A stretch of 63,089 bases of DNA, filler included, from Hyphochytrium catenoides (taxonomy: Eukaryota > Protista > Hyphochytriomycota): the NCBI GenBank assembly GCA_900088475.1. It is 10 parts of 10 records of this genome, joined end to end, with 100 filler letters (N's around TTAATTAATTAA, not from the genome) between each part and the next. Parts side by side here need not be neighbours in the genome. Positions count along the whole stretch, not along the records: positions 44,087 to 45,289 come from FLMG01001359.1; positions 45,390 to 50,479 come from FLMG01001265.1; positions 50,580 to 52,440 come from FLMG01003469.1; positions 52,541 to 57,729 come from FLMG01001301.1; 6 more parts are not named here. One strand, 5' to 3'. Shown in pieces: positions 43,987-55,400 of this stretch. Under the pieces are notes generated by a model. It ran no database searches, was not told the DNA's origin, and saw nothing but the letters and a program-made list of their open reading frames with translations. Both the position numbers and the translations under genes were made by a program. Within the stretch, counting starts at the first letter, position 1; each line of letters opens with the position of its first letter.

Positions 43987-44939
43987 NNNNNNNNNNNNNN
44001 NNNNNNNNNNNNNNNNNNNNNNNNNNNNNNTTAATTAATTAANNNNNNNNNNNNNNNNNNNNNNNNNNNNNNNNNNNNNNNNNNNNACCGCTAAACGACT
44101 GTGGGATGCTGTGCCACTGCTCCTGCTAACCCATATTCTCCAAACGACAACAGTCTTCGCTTCCATTCTATGCCTCTTCAGCAAGCGGCAAGTTCGCCAA
44201 GGCCTGATGCCTCTCCATACCCCGCTCTGTCCACAGCCCTCTAGACCACCACCCTGTCAAGCCACTCCTGCTGTCATCAGAGGGCTCTGCGGCTCTTGAG
44301 TTCTGCGCCTCCACTGGCTCTGTGGACGTCCCACTGTGGGAGGACAGCACGCGGCAGCACCGTGCCAATGGAAAGGGAAGAGCAGCAGCAGCAGCACTAG
44401 GAACTACTGAGAGAGAGACAGAGCAAATCTTCAATAATCTTCCCATTATCCAGCCGCCAACCAAGGCAAAGGATTTTCTAGAACGGTCACTAATGCCGTT
44501 AGCGGCTCTTCAGAATCAGGCAGACACAACGTCATAGTTTTCCATTACCTTCTCTTTAGGGAATTAATATAAGTTTCATACAATTGTGAATGAGATTTTA
44601 GCGATGAAAGTAACGAGGTATTGTAACTAACGAAATACTTCCGTTAGGGGCGATGGGGGGAGTTTTGGTGGTCGAGCAAGGCAAACTCAGTTCTTATCGT
44701 ACTATATACAAAAACCATTACTACACCAATTCTGCGGCTAACTCAAAGTATAGTTCTTGGCGTATTACTAAAGCACAGTATTACTACTGCTCCGGTGATT
44801 ACTGAAATTGGAAAAAGTGGTTGTGTAGCCCTTCGCAGTCGTATTACTATGTCAGGGCTGACAGGCGTTATGAAGGCCTTGATAGGGTTAAAGGCGCGTA
44901 CTATTACACAGCTGTTCGTCACGTCATGTCATCCTCGTC

Positions 44940-45155
44940 AACCTCTCTGTCGCTCTCTCTCTCTGCCTCTCTGTCTCCCTCTCTTTGTCTCTCTGTCTGC
45001 CCTCTTTCTGTCGGCTTGTCATTGTCTAAAGCCCTCTCTGTCTCCCCCTCTGGCGTGTCTCTCTCCCTCAATTACTCCTCTCTCTTTCTCTCTATCTCTC
45101 TTTCTCTGTCCTTTTCTCTCTCTTTCTCTCTCCCTTCCGTATTCCTTGGGCTTTC

Positions 45156-45186
<31 letters not shown>

Positions 45187-45289
45187 TCTGTCTCTTTCTC
45201 TTTCTCTCTGTCTCTGTCTCTCTCTCTCAATCCCTTCCCTCTCTCTCCTCTCTCCTTTCCTCTCTCTGTATCTCTCTCTCTCTCTCTCT
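44940..45289. repeat. Imperfect (CT)n tract at the scaffold end
   Basis: Directly visible. Confidence 0.9.
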
Positions 45290-45389
45290 NNNNNNNNNNN
45301 NNNNNNNNNNNNNNNNNNNNNNNNNNNNNNNNNTTAATTAATTAANNNNNNNNNNNNNNNNNNNNNNNNNNNNNNNNNNNNNNNNNNNN

Positions 45390-45776
45390 GCACAGACTTC
45401 CATCGCTGTATCCAACATTTCTTTATAGGAGATAAGCTAAGGTTCAAACAACGCGCTAGAGTTAGTCTGAAGTGTTCAAGGAGGCTTCTCTGATGAAACG
45501 GCGCGGGGTGCCCTCGTCCTTCTACCTGGGTATCAGGAAAGCCATGGACTGCAGAAACTCCGAAGCCGGACATGAAAGTGAGAGGGAAGCCTGCCTTTTC
45601 TATCATTTTCGCGCTTAACGCGTCGAAGCAGCAGGGCATGATGAGCAGTTCATCGTTTGCTAAGCGGCAGTAACGATCAGGGGCGGATCAGGAGTCGCAA
45701 GCTGCCAAACATGTCATGGATGATCCATACCTAGCAAAGCCCTAAGTCTGTCAGCTGGGGACTTTGGTGCAGCCAT
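45390..45776 (-). CDS. Isocitrate lyase/PEP-mutase superfamily enzyme (PrpB/CPEP-mutase-like), 5' part. Exons 45776-45731, 45659-45526, 45436-45390 (truncated)
   Basis: Spliced product MAAPKSPADRLRALLANDELLIMPCCFDALSAKMIEKAGFPLTFMSGFGVSAVHGFPDTQLISYKEM contains the DALSA and SG...G.PD family motifs. Confidence 0.88.
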
Positions 45777-46529
45777 CTTCAATGAAGAGATTAGTGGACT
45801 CTCACTCCGAGTGAAGGAGAAGGTCTCGCTTTATGCAATTGTTATGGGACAGCAAAGCTGGGAAGTGCCAGGCGCGTGATCTGTGCTGTCTTAAGAGCTA
45901 TCAACAGCTCTATCTCACCCTTCTCTTCTGGAGGATGCAGCCCAGCAGTATCTTGAACGAGGGAAGGGCAGAGATTCTATGACTGAGGAAGTTGAAGATG
46001 TCATGCGAATCTTTGGAGATCGATCTCTGATGATGAAGTGTACTATATCAAGCGCCCACACAAACAGTAAGTACAACAGGGCACAGAGCCTGTGTCTATA
46101 TCAAGCGGCCTTACAATTCGGTTACCACCAGTCCGAGGGGAGCTCTGGGATTGGTAGAGCTTTTTCCTTGTCGAGGAATCACAACGGCGCGACGACAAGA
46201 AACCAACGAAGAGCTCCAATGAAGATTGCAGATTGCCTAACCTGCCCTGCGTCCAAACTTTGCGTCTCCTAATCGGCATTGTTCTCATCTTTCTGAGCTT
46301 GACAAGGTAGTGACCAGCTCAGCGGATCCTGACAGACTGGGCGAAAGTACTTCCCTAGTCCGCCTGCAGAGGTTCACGGGCGATCGGAGCAAAAGCTGCT
46401 GCTTTGGATAATTAGCTGATTCTTAGAGTACACTCTTTGACCCTCTGGCGGCCTCTAGATTTAGGGCAGGGAACGTTAGGAAAGTAACCATTGCCGTCTG
46501 TTAGAGTACTCGAAAGAGGTCCACGGAAG

Positions 46530-48598
46530 ATGAACGCTTCGGGAGGGGGAACAATCGAATCCCTTCTGGATCAGTGTGTACAGCTCAACCAGACCAAGCC
46601 AGGTGTGAGACAGCTACGACAGCCTCAAGCTAATCCTCACTTAGACTGAACTCGCGTAACACGCAGGTTATGCCAACATCATGGCGTTATGCGACATGAT
46701 AACGGCAGCAAGGGCTGACGGGTACGCTCGTCATATGTGACAAGCTAGGTCGTACTATCTTAACTCAGTGTGTGAGGCCCCTAGGTCCAAAGCAGCCCTC
46801 AAAGGCTTAAACCAGAAACTCAGAAGCCATCAACCAAAGGTTGTCTGGCTTGCCCTCGTTATCCTCGAAGCCGCTATGAAGAATTGTGACCTCCACTTTC
46901 GGCAAGCGGCAGCGTCTGACAAGGAAGTTTTCGGGGCTCTAGCGGACATAACAATGGGAAAAGGTAAAGAGCTCCAAAGACCTACCCTCCTCGAAGAGCC
47001 ATTTAGCGACATCACTCGTATGCCACTCTCAGGGGCAGCTGAAGACAATTATAGCCTCCAGGATCATGCCAGAATCTTTGTGCAGAAATGGGCCCTGGTC
47101 TTTGTTGGAGAGAGTGAGCCCCTAAAGAAGTTTCATGACTTTTACATGAGGATAAAGATGCAGGTGAGCCCCATACCCTGATGCTCCGTCATGGAAGGCC
47201 TTATGCCGTGGCTCCTGACTGACGGATCTGTCGTAGGGAGTGACGTTTCCGCCGCTCTCTCGGTCGCAGTCAGTAGACTTTATCCAACTTGAAATTCCAC
47301 CTCTAATCGAGCCAAAGACACAGGTATGGCTAACTCTCCCCTAAAATAAGTCTTCCCTCTCATTCCCGAGCCCCTCTATGTCGGCTACATCCAATCATGC
47401 GACACACAGTCATTCGTCTTTTCTCTAGCTGCCTCCTTTCAGTTCCTTTTCTCGCCTTATTTGTTTCATTGTGCCGCAGTCTGCCTCCCATTCGGGAGTC
47501 TACTCGGCCACACCTGTGCCATCCACAAGAAGCGAGACTATGCGAGCCACAGGGGGTCCTGGGGCGACACCAGGACCTACGCCTGTGAATGATGAGAAGA
47601 CCTTGGCTGAGGACGTTGCGAAGCTCCACCAAGATCTTGATATAGTCCGGGAAAAAATATCTTTGCTTGCAGATCTCGTTCAAGCCAAAGAAGGTACCAT
47701 GACCTACTTTCAGCAGCCTTCCCAGATCGGTCGGATGTTTGTCCCTTCATCGGTTATCTACAGCCCCCCGGCTCACTTTTGAATGCATTTATGTCGCAGA
47801 TGGAGATATGGTGGAAGATGTTCGAGATTTTCTTGAACAGTGCAAACCGCGGCTTGTTACTCTAATCGAAGCTGGAACGGAGGGTAAGCTGGATGAAAAG
47901 ACCTTGGAGTGCTGTCTCGAGGTAGGTAAAACAACCTGTACCGGACGACATTGTGAAGCTTGGGAGAGAAAAGCCCTGCGGCCTATAATGGACACGAGGT
48001 CTCCGTAGGTCAACGACTCGGTGTTAAGGGTTCTTGAGGGCAACTATGAAGGACTTCTCACTGCACCAAAGACAGCAGATAGGTCGCCCGCTGCGGGGCC
48101 TACAACCCCCTTTGACGAGCCTCCCTCGATCGATAGACTAAGCTTAGAAAGCAATGATATCAACAAGTCCAGGGTAAGACTGGCTGTAGACTTTTGCAGT
48201 ATCCAGAATTCTTAGCTACCTTTTCATACAGCTTTCATTTGGAGCCTCTCGAACCGGACAGTCGCTTGTGGCAGCAGCCGCACCGCCCTCAGCAGCCGAT
48301 GACGTACAGATGCATTTTCCTCCTGCCCCACTATCATCCACTAGAAACCCCTTTGACCAGCAACTATCGAGGGTAAGATGCTGGCGTCATGTTAGCGACG
48401 CTCTAGTACTGACTTCAAGCTCTCAATAGCCTCCTGCCCCTGGGACACAAACAACTGCGTCAACTTCTCGCCTTAGCTCAGATGACGGTGAGTGATGAGG
48501 CGGCTCTTTGCTCCAATGACGGTGTTCCACGTTGTACTAACGGAGCATGTGCTGCTTCAGCCTTTGAAGCGTTCTTCCGTGACGCTACCGAAAAGTAA
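46530..48598 (+). CDS. TOM1-like VHS-GAT adaptor. Exons 46530-46602, 46667-46721, 46785-46963, 47033-47163, 47237-47323, 47480-47693, 47800-47921, 48009-48173, 48232-48372, 48430-48487, 48561-48598
   Basis: VHS motifs (LCD, ALVILEAAMKNC, QKW, GVTFP), GAT helices (KLHQDLDIV...CLEVNDSV), an NPF motif and C-terminal DDAFEAFF. Ten phase-consistent GT-AG introns. Confidence 0.85.
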
Positions 48599-48783
48599 TC
48601 TGCCGCTACCCATAACAGGTAAGCCAAAGTGGATGACACCATACCGTCCTATTAAACCATTTAGAAGTATTGGTCGTATCCACCTTGCGCAGGTCTTAAA
48701 CTGAAGTCTGCGACCGACCGCTTCAAACCATAACAGCTTGCTCCCTCTACATCACCCACTGTCGTAACTCCTCATCCCAGCAG

Positions 48784-49349
48784 CTAGGGCTGCTGCTCCT
48801 CTTCCTCTGGGTTTGGTGGAAGATGATGGTTAATCTGACTAATAAGCTCAGGAGCGTTGGCGCCATTGATGGTAGCAACAGCCTGCTTATTCTATAAAGA
48901 CATGGATCAGACCTAGAAGTGAGAAAACTTTCTTAAAAATTCTGCTGTATGACTTACCCTAAACAAAACGAACTTAGGCTTGCAACTATCGCTCTCCGGG
49001 AAGTCCTTCAAAGCCAAGCCGGTATTAATCTGCATGTGTGCCAAGGGTTAGCCCAGATTTAATGCTCCTAGCGTCTCAATCTGTACCGTCACGAATTTCA
49101 GCCGCATCTCTGCGTTGGGAGTGTCTATTATCAGCCTTCGCTGAGTGGGCTCCATGACAGTGCAGGGCCCACACCAGCTCTTGTGAATATCTGCCACTAA
49201 TAAGTAGTCCTACGCTTTTAGTTTCCCAAGCATAGCAGCATAAATTAGCCTGATTATCGCTTACCAATCAACATGGTGGCGCTAAGCTCCAAGATCTTAG
49301 CCCAGTCATCCTCTGATGTTACCGGCTCAGTGATCTGCTGCTTGGACAT
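48784..49349 (-). CDS. Thioredoxin of the axonemal dynein light-chain / NME8-NME9 type, 124 aa. Exons 49349-49265, 49196-49087, 49029-48958, 48891-48784
   Basis: Hand-spliced: MSKQQITEPVTSEDDWAKILELSATMLIVADIHKSWCGPCTVMEP...SDSCKPKFVLFRNKQAVATINGANAPEL. WCGPC active site plus SCxP and GANAP signatures. Confidence 0.9.
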
Positions 49350-50030
49350 CCTGAAGGAGAAGCAAAGCTTCCGAGTGACCTGTGATCACTTCCTCCTACT
49401 CAGTTACCTTATCCAACCCAGAGAGTCAGGAGAGACTACTTATATCTCAAATGCCAGTGCTGTTTGGCACGCCTGTACCCTGCCTAGAGGTAGCTGAAGA
49501 GCTCGTATGTCACTGCTGCGGCAGGCTTGGTGTCATAGATCACGGCTGCCAGGCTTGATGTCAGGCCAGGCGCTCGTGCCATCGCGCGAAACGACACACT
49601 CTTGCAGAAAGCGCAGGTCCTGGGGGAGTTCACAAAGTCCTTCCTAATTTGACTTCGACAGAGGTAGCCTCTATTCAGGACCTGCACCGCTCTATTGTGA
49701 ATCCACATACCTCATGTCAATTAAGTTCAGTTTTGCTAAGAACGCTACAAAATATTATCAATAGGGTAACACGACATCAACGTATCAAGAATAGGCTTAA
49801 TTCACAGCTCGTCAATAATTGAAGTTCTACACTTCTGAGAAGTGACCAATCTTCTTGACAGATTTCTGGCAGTTTGTTGATGAGATCATTGAAGATCTTG
49901 CCAGACAGCACGCAGTCGAACGCTGTGGAAGACTGAAGACTATCATCATATCAAGCTTGTCATAGTCCATTCACAGTGCAGATCGCTGTCTACCTCCAGC
50001 TCTCAACGAAGACTCCAAGAGTGATACATA

Positions 50031-50479
50031 ATGGCGACCCCTGGCGGCAAAGTCAAGGTCGCGAAGCCCGCTTTTGGGCCTCTCAGCCCAGCGCCAAGAC
50101 TTCTCCTTGGTCCAGGGCCTGGAAATGCTTACCCAAGAGTTCATGCAGCAATGTCGCTGCCGCAGGTGGGTCACTTGGACCCGGAGTTCCTGAAGATTGC
50201 AGAAGAAATCAAGGCCCTACTGAGGTATACCTGGCAGACAGAGAATGCCTTTACTATTCCTGTTAGTGGTACGGGCTCTGCTGCGTGGGAGGCTGCCGTT
50301 GCAAACCTGACCAGGCCAGGCGATAAGCATCTGGTCCTTGTCAATGGCTACTTTGGTGAGCGCCACTGTGACATGGCCAGCCGCTACGGCGCGCAAATTA
50401 TCCGCTTAGAGAAACCCTGGGGCCAGGTGTTTAGCTACGAAGAGGTGAAAGCAGCTGTTGAGCAGCATAAACCCGATCT
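50031..50479 (+). CDS. AGXT: Alanine-glyoxylate/serine-pyruvate aminotransferase (class V PLP enzyme), 5' part, truncated by the scaffold end
   Basis: RLLLGPGPGN, GHLDPEF, SGTGSAAWEA and NGYFGER. Confidence 0.92.
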
Positions 50480-51335
50480 NNNNNNNNNNNNNNNNNNNNN
50501 NNNNNNNNNNNNNNNNNNNNNNNTTAATTAATTAANNNNNNNNNNNNNNNNNNNNNNNNNNNNNNNNNNNNNNNNNNNNTTAACAGACTCCTTGTCTTCC
50601 TATCTTAATCGTTGTAGCCCTTCATGTGTGCTTCCTCTTCCCCTTCAGGGCCAAAAGGATTTCTCTTGATGTGCGTCTGCCATGAGCGTCAAAGGATGAA
50701 AAGGGAAGTCTGAGAGATGAACAGGCTTGCTCCTAGATGTAACAGAAAAGATATGTGCGGTCCTAATCTGGTCGCTATTTGGTAGCTACGGAGCTTGATC
50801 CTATGTAGATACCTTTAGGAGAGGCTTGCAATTGACTATCTTATCTTGTAGATGGGGTCTTGGGGGATGAAAAGGATTGTCAACGCTTTGCCCAGGCACC
50901 CACATATAGTCGCAAAGAGGCTGTAACCATGTGAAGATTTATCTGTGCTCTTCTTGCATCGGCAAGGGCTCCGCTCAGACCACGCTTTCTATTGTCACTT
51001 TTGACAGCGGCTGTGCTTACTAGTGGGAGATGATTGCCGCGCTTCGGCTGGGTGGAGACCAGGACAAGCTGCTTGCCTGCCGCTAAATCATGGAGGGAAT
51101 AGCGTCGCTTCTCCCATGACACTCGTGTCTGACCCTGAACTCGTCCCGGTCATCTCCGGCTGGCCGTTCGTAAGAAGTATGGTTTGGCCGGGTCACGGCT
51201 GCCAGAAGTCTTGGCCCCTTCTTCATTGGACGGGGGAAAAAATAGCGAGGAGACTTAAGAGATGCAAAGTCCCAGAAAGCTTGTAAGGCGAGCGGCTTAG
51301 GACGTGGGCCCTTCAGTGGGGCGAGCTGGATCAAC

Positions 51336-52440
51336 ATGGCGTCCGTCCTCAGCAGCTGGATCAAGAAGTACCTCGAAACATGGATTGATAACTTTCACGA
51401 TGAGCAGCTGCCCAGTGACTTCTTTACGAAGGGTTTTACCACTGGGGAGTTGCGGCTGCACAATGTTGGTAAGAATGTAACTTAGATGCCACAGTTGCAC
51501 GAAATTGGTGACCTAGTACGACCAATAGTGCTGAAGGCTGACCGTCTCGAAGAAGCGCTAAACATGCCACCTCAAATACGGATCAGGCGAGTCTTCGCCA
51601 GTGACGTTCTAGTGAAGGTAGAGATGCCAACTCTTGCATAGAATGCTGCTTTATCCCTATACGTCTGCTAACCTGAGTTTCAGGTGCCCTCGTTCATTAG
51701 CACCGACCGGTACAAGCGGGAGCCACTTATCATCTCACTACGGGAGGTCTTCGTGGAAGTCCGTCATTCTACCGTCGGGGAGATGCACACTGAGAAGGTT
51801 CGACGAGGAGCAGTCCCAGGCAGTGAACAGGAGCAGAGCACTAGCGGACATTCGTCGTCCTTCACGCAGATTGTAGCTGAGGGCCTTCAGTTAGAGGTAA
51901 CACGGCCGAATGGTGTCCTTAACTCCTTCTTTACTGTCTTAGAACCAATCTGGGTCTATATCTTGACCTTTTTGCTGTTAAAATTATTCTAATAGTTAGG
52001 CCTCCTGAACTTGTTTATCACAATCCTCAGATGTACCATGTGAGAGTCAGCCTCTGCACCAGAACCACGAGCTTTGTGGCCCTGGAAGCGGACGAGCTCT
52101 TCTTTGGCTGCACGACTGGAAACTGGCAGTTTGTCCGGGATCTTTCTCTCTCAATTCTAGAGACTCCTGACGGTCTCTGCCGAAGTCGCTTCAAAGCTCT
52201 GAATGCCACAAATGTCTCTCTCTACGTTCAGTTCAGTCCTATCTCCCCTCCTATTCAGGTACAAGGCGGTTGTTTTTAGCGTTGAAATGCCCTCCTGTCT
52301 GAGGACATAAAAGATTGTAGGGAACGTGCGATGGTGGATGAGGATGTCCTATCTAGATGAACGACCAACAAAATCATCCGACTGGAGCTCGTCTCAGACA
52401 GACATAGAGTCTGGGATTTCAGGTGCAGCAACAGCTTACA
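51336..52440 (+). CDS. Chorein-N (VPS13/BLTP3-like) lipid-transfer protein, 5' part. Exons 51336-51468, 51529-51617, 51684-51896, 52031-52258 plus a probable further exon; truncated
   Basis: MASVLSSWIKKYLETWIDNF...GELRLHNVVLK...VPSF...EPLIISLREVFV...IVAEGLQL...TTGNWQ follows the chorein-N pattern, with GT-AG introns in phase. Confidence 0.72.
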
Positions 52441-55400
52441 NNNNNNNNNNNNNNNNNNNNNNNNNNNNNNNNNNNNNNNNNNNNTTAATTAATTAANNNN
52501 NNNNNNNNNNNNNNNNNNNNNNNNNNNNNNNNNNNNNNNNAAGATTGATCCCTGACTGAGATCTCTGCTGGAGGCGCCAACGGAGGTCCGTAAAGAGCTT
52601 TTGCAGAGTCTGAAGGAGCTTATCGGGCTTTCTGTCAAAGTGGAAGTGGGAGCGGAGGAAGAGTGAAGATGCGGATTTCTCTTCTGTCATTGTGGCGTTT
52701 TGTGATCAGAAGCAATATATTGTGAGAGGAAAGAGAGACAGAGTGGGAACTGGACAGACAGAGTGAAAAGAGGTAGAGCATGAGAAACGCAAACAAGACA
52801 GAGCGGCAGAGCTCTTAATTAAAAGGAATAAAAACCCAGAGAGTGGGGGAAAGAGAGAAGAGGGTGAGAAAGAGAGAGAGAGAGAAAGAGAGAGACACAG
52901 AGAGAGATAGTCAGAGAGAAGGAAGAGAGAGCCAGTTATCCTTCTGTTCTGAGGAGGATTGTGGGTCGGACTCGCCATATTTGCTCTAATTTCGACCTAC
53001 ACAGGCTTTCCTTCCCTTTACTTTGGTACTTTGTACTTTGGTAACAGAATACAAAAATACTTCGTGTCATAAGGGTGGCTTCTTAGTTGCAGTGGCCATC
53101 AGACCTCAGCCCGTCCATGGTGAACAAAGCCCATGGTTAAACGTAAACCCTATGTCCCATTGTTTTACAGCCAGGAGGCTTTCATAAATTCGGTTAGCGG
53201 CTATCTTTGTCCGCTCTTGTGCTACTTTTGGCGGTTTGGCTTCTGTTTTCAAAACCTGTGGCTCTTGGGCCTGGCGGTTTGTTGGCAGCCTGTTGACAGG
53301 CATTCTCATGATGATGAGAGACAGCAGGCCAGCAGGCTTGATGATGGGAGCTGGCGCAGGTGGCGGGCTGAGATAGCGGCTGAGATTATGTTGACGGACT
53401 ACTAGGAACTGGGAAGCTGGAAAGCTGGAAGCAAAGAGCACTCAGTTAAAATAAACAAAAAGAGATGAGAAGAGTTACTGAGAGAGAAGAGTTGTGAGCT
53501 AGCTAATGGATGATGTTCCAAGAGCTGTTGCTGATGTGCTTTGATGGTGGTCATCCTTTTTATGGGTAAACGGACTAAGAAGGGTAAGGATCGATTCTTT
53601 CCCAGTAGCAAGGCGTGAGAGTATTATCTATAGAAAGATCGAAGAGCCATTATGCAAGCTGACTGCTGGCGGGTGGAGAGCTGATAGGTAGCTGCTCTCC
53701 GTCTCCCTAAAATAAGCCAAAGGTTTCCAAGCAAGAGACATCTTCCTCTGCTGCAGGGCCAGTTCTTGGGTCGGGGGCCAGCATCTCTAGCTTTATTGAG
53801 GTCGTGCTAGCTCACCCTTACTTCCGAGGGCTGCTCTTGAGGGGTGAATATAGGGGAACATATTCGAGTTGACAGGTCGTTGTTGTCAGAAAGCTTGTAG
53901 GATACTTTGTGTTATTATGGTTCCTCCTCTATACTATTCTTCTCCATAACAACATGTTGAGAGGCAGACATCAGTTCCCTTTTGCACAGCTAATACCTCG
54001 GGTGCTCTCTATCTGATGGCTTACGCCATAGCTTTCGTTTTATAAGATGCTATAGCTCTCGGCTTTAACGATCAGAGGAAAGTCAAGGGCCGAGGGACCC
54101 TGTTCGTCTCCTGGCGCTTTGTTCGTTGGGCAATGATTTCGGCAAGGTGAGATGAGCTGCAGTCTCTTTTTTCCTCTTCGTGCGCATGCATACACCTCCT
54201 CCTCGATCTGGATTCGTGAGGAGAGAACGGAGACAGCAATGGGGCCAATAGAGCCAAGACGTGGATGCCATAGTATTTGCACCTTGAGTCCCTGCCGGGA
54301 AGCAACCTTAAGATGCGGAAAAATGGCCTCTGCTTTGAAGGGACGAGTAAGATCGTAATGCCTGAACACTCGCGCTACTTGATCATTGCTCCTCCGAGCG
54401 CTCTTGCTAGATGATCTAGATTAAATCAGGGCGGCATAGTCCCATCATTGTTACGCTTTTAATAAGGGAGGGGGAAGAGGGCATCATGGCGCTATTATAG
54501 CATGATGCTGGGCTCGTTAGTCTATCTCGCATTTGCCTCAGTGGGAGGTCACTGGTACCCCGATAACTTGAGCACTTCCTTGGGTGTGGAGGAGGGGAGC
54601 TTTCAAGCGCATCACCCTACTACCCTTCTTGGGGCCGCAAATAATTCTATGAGAAGCTAGGGGAAAGACTTTGTTGACATTCGATGATGATGGCGTTATT
54701 CAGATAAGCCTCCATACTTCGGAGAGGTAGCAATGTCTGGTGGTACCTACAAATAGAAGAAGAGAGCTTCTTCTTCTTCTCTGATGGTGCCTGCCAATAT
54801 TATAAATGCAGGCAGCGACCGCAGGGGTGCACGTTAGCCTCAACAACCAACATTCCCTTCTGCTAGTCCTTGGTAAGTAATAAGGTAATTTATTGTTGAA
54901 GTGGGGTGCTCTTAGACCAGCGGGAAATACCCCGCTAAACTGCCAGAAGTGCAGATCTAGGCCAGCTTCCCTGGGCCATAATAATAAGAGGCCTTATCCA
55001 TGATGGTGATTGCCTTTCTTGTCTTTTGGCCTTCTAGAACTGCAACAAGCTAGATGACTCACGACTTGTATGCCATTTATCCTGTCACGAGCAGAGTAGT
55101 GATAGACCACTCAGGCAACATCACAGCTGTGGAGAGGAACTTCATCTTCATCCGAATGACGACGGAGAGGTAACTACAATCGAAGGCTCGCTGCTGTTAT
55201 TATTGGATTACTAGCTAGCGGACATATGCTGCGTTCCTCTTCTTATCCTCTCCATGCTAAGTAAGAGACAGCAGCTGTAAGGCAGAGCTGCAGAACCTGC
55301 ACCAAGAGACAGCATGATGGAAACAACCTCTCATCATCATATCCCAATATTCTCGTCATCACCATCACTTCTCCCTTCTGCAGAGAAGGACAATATGCAA

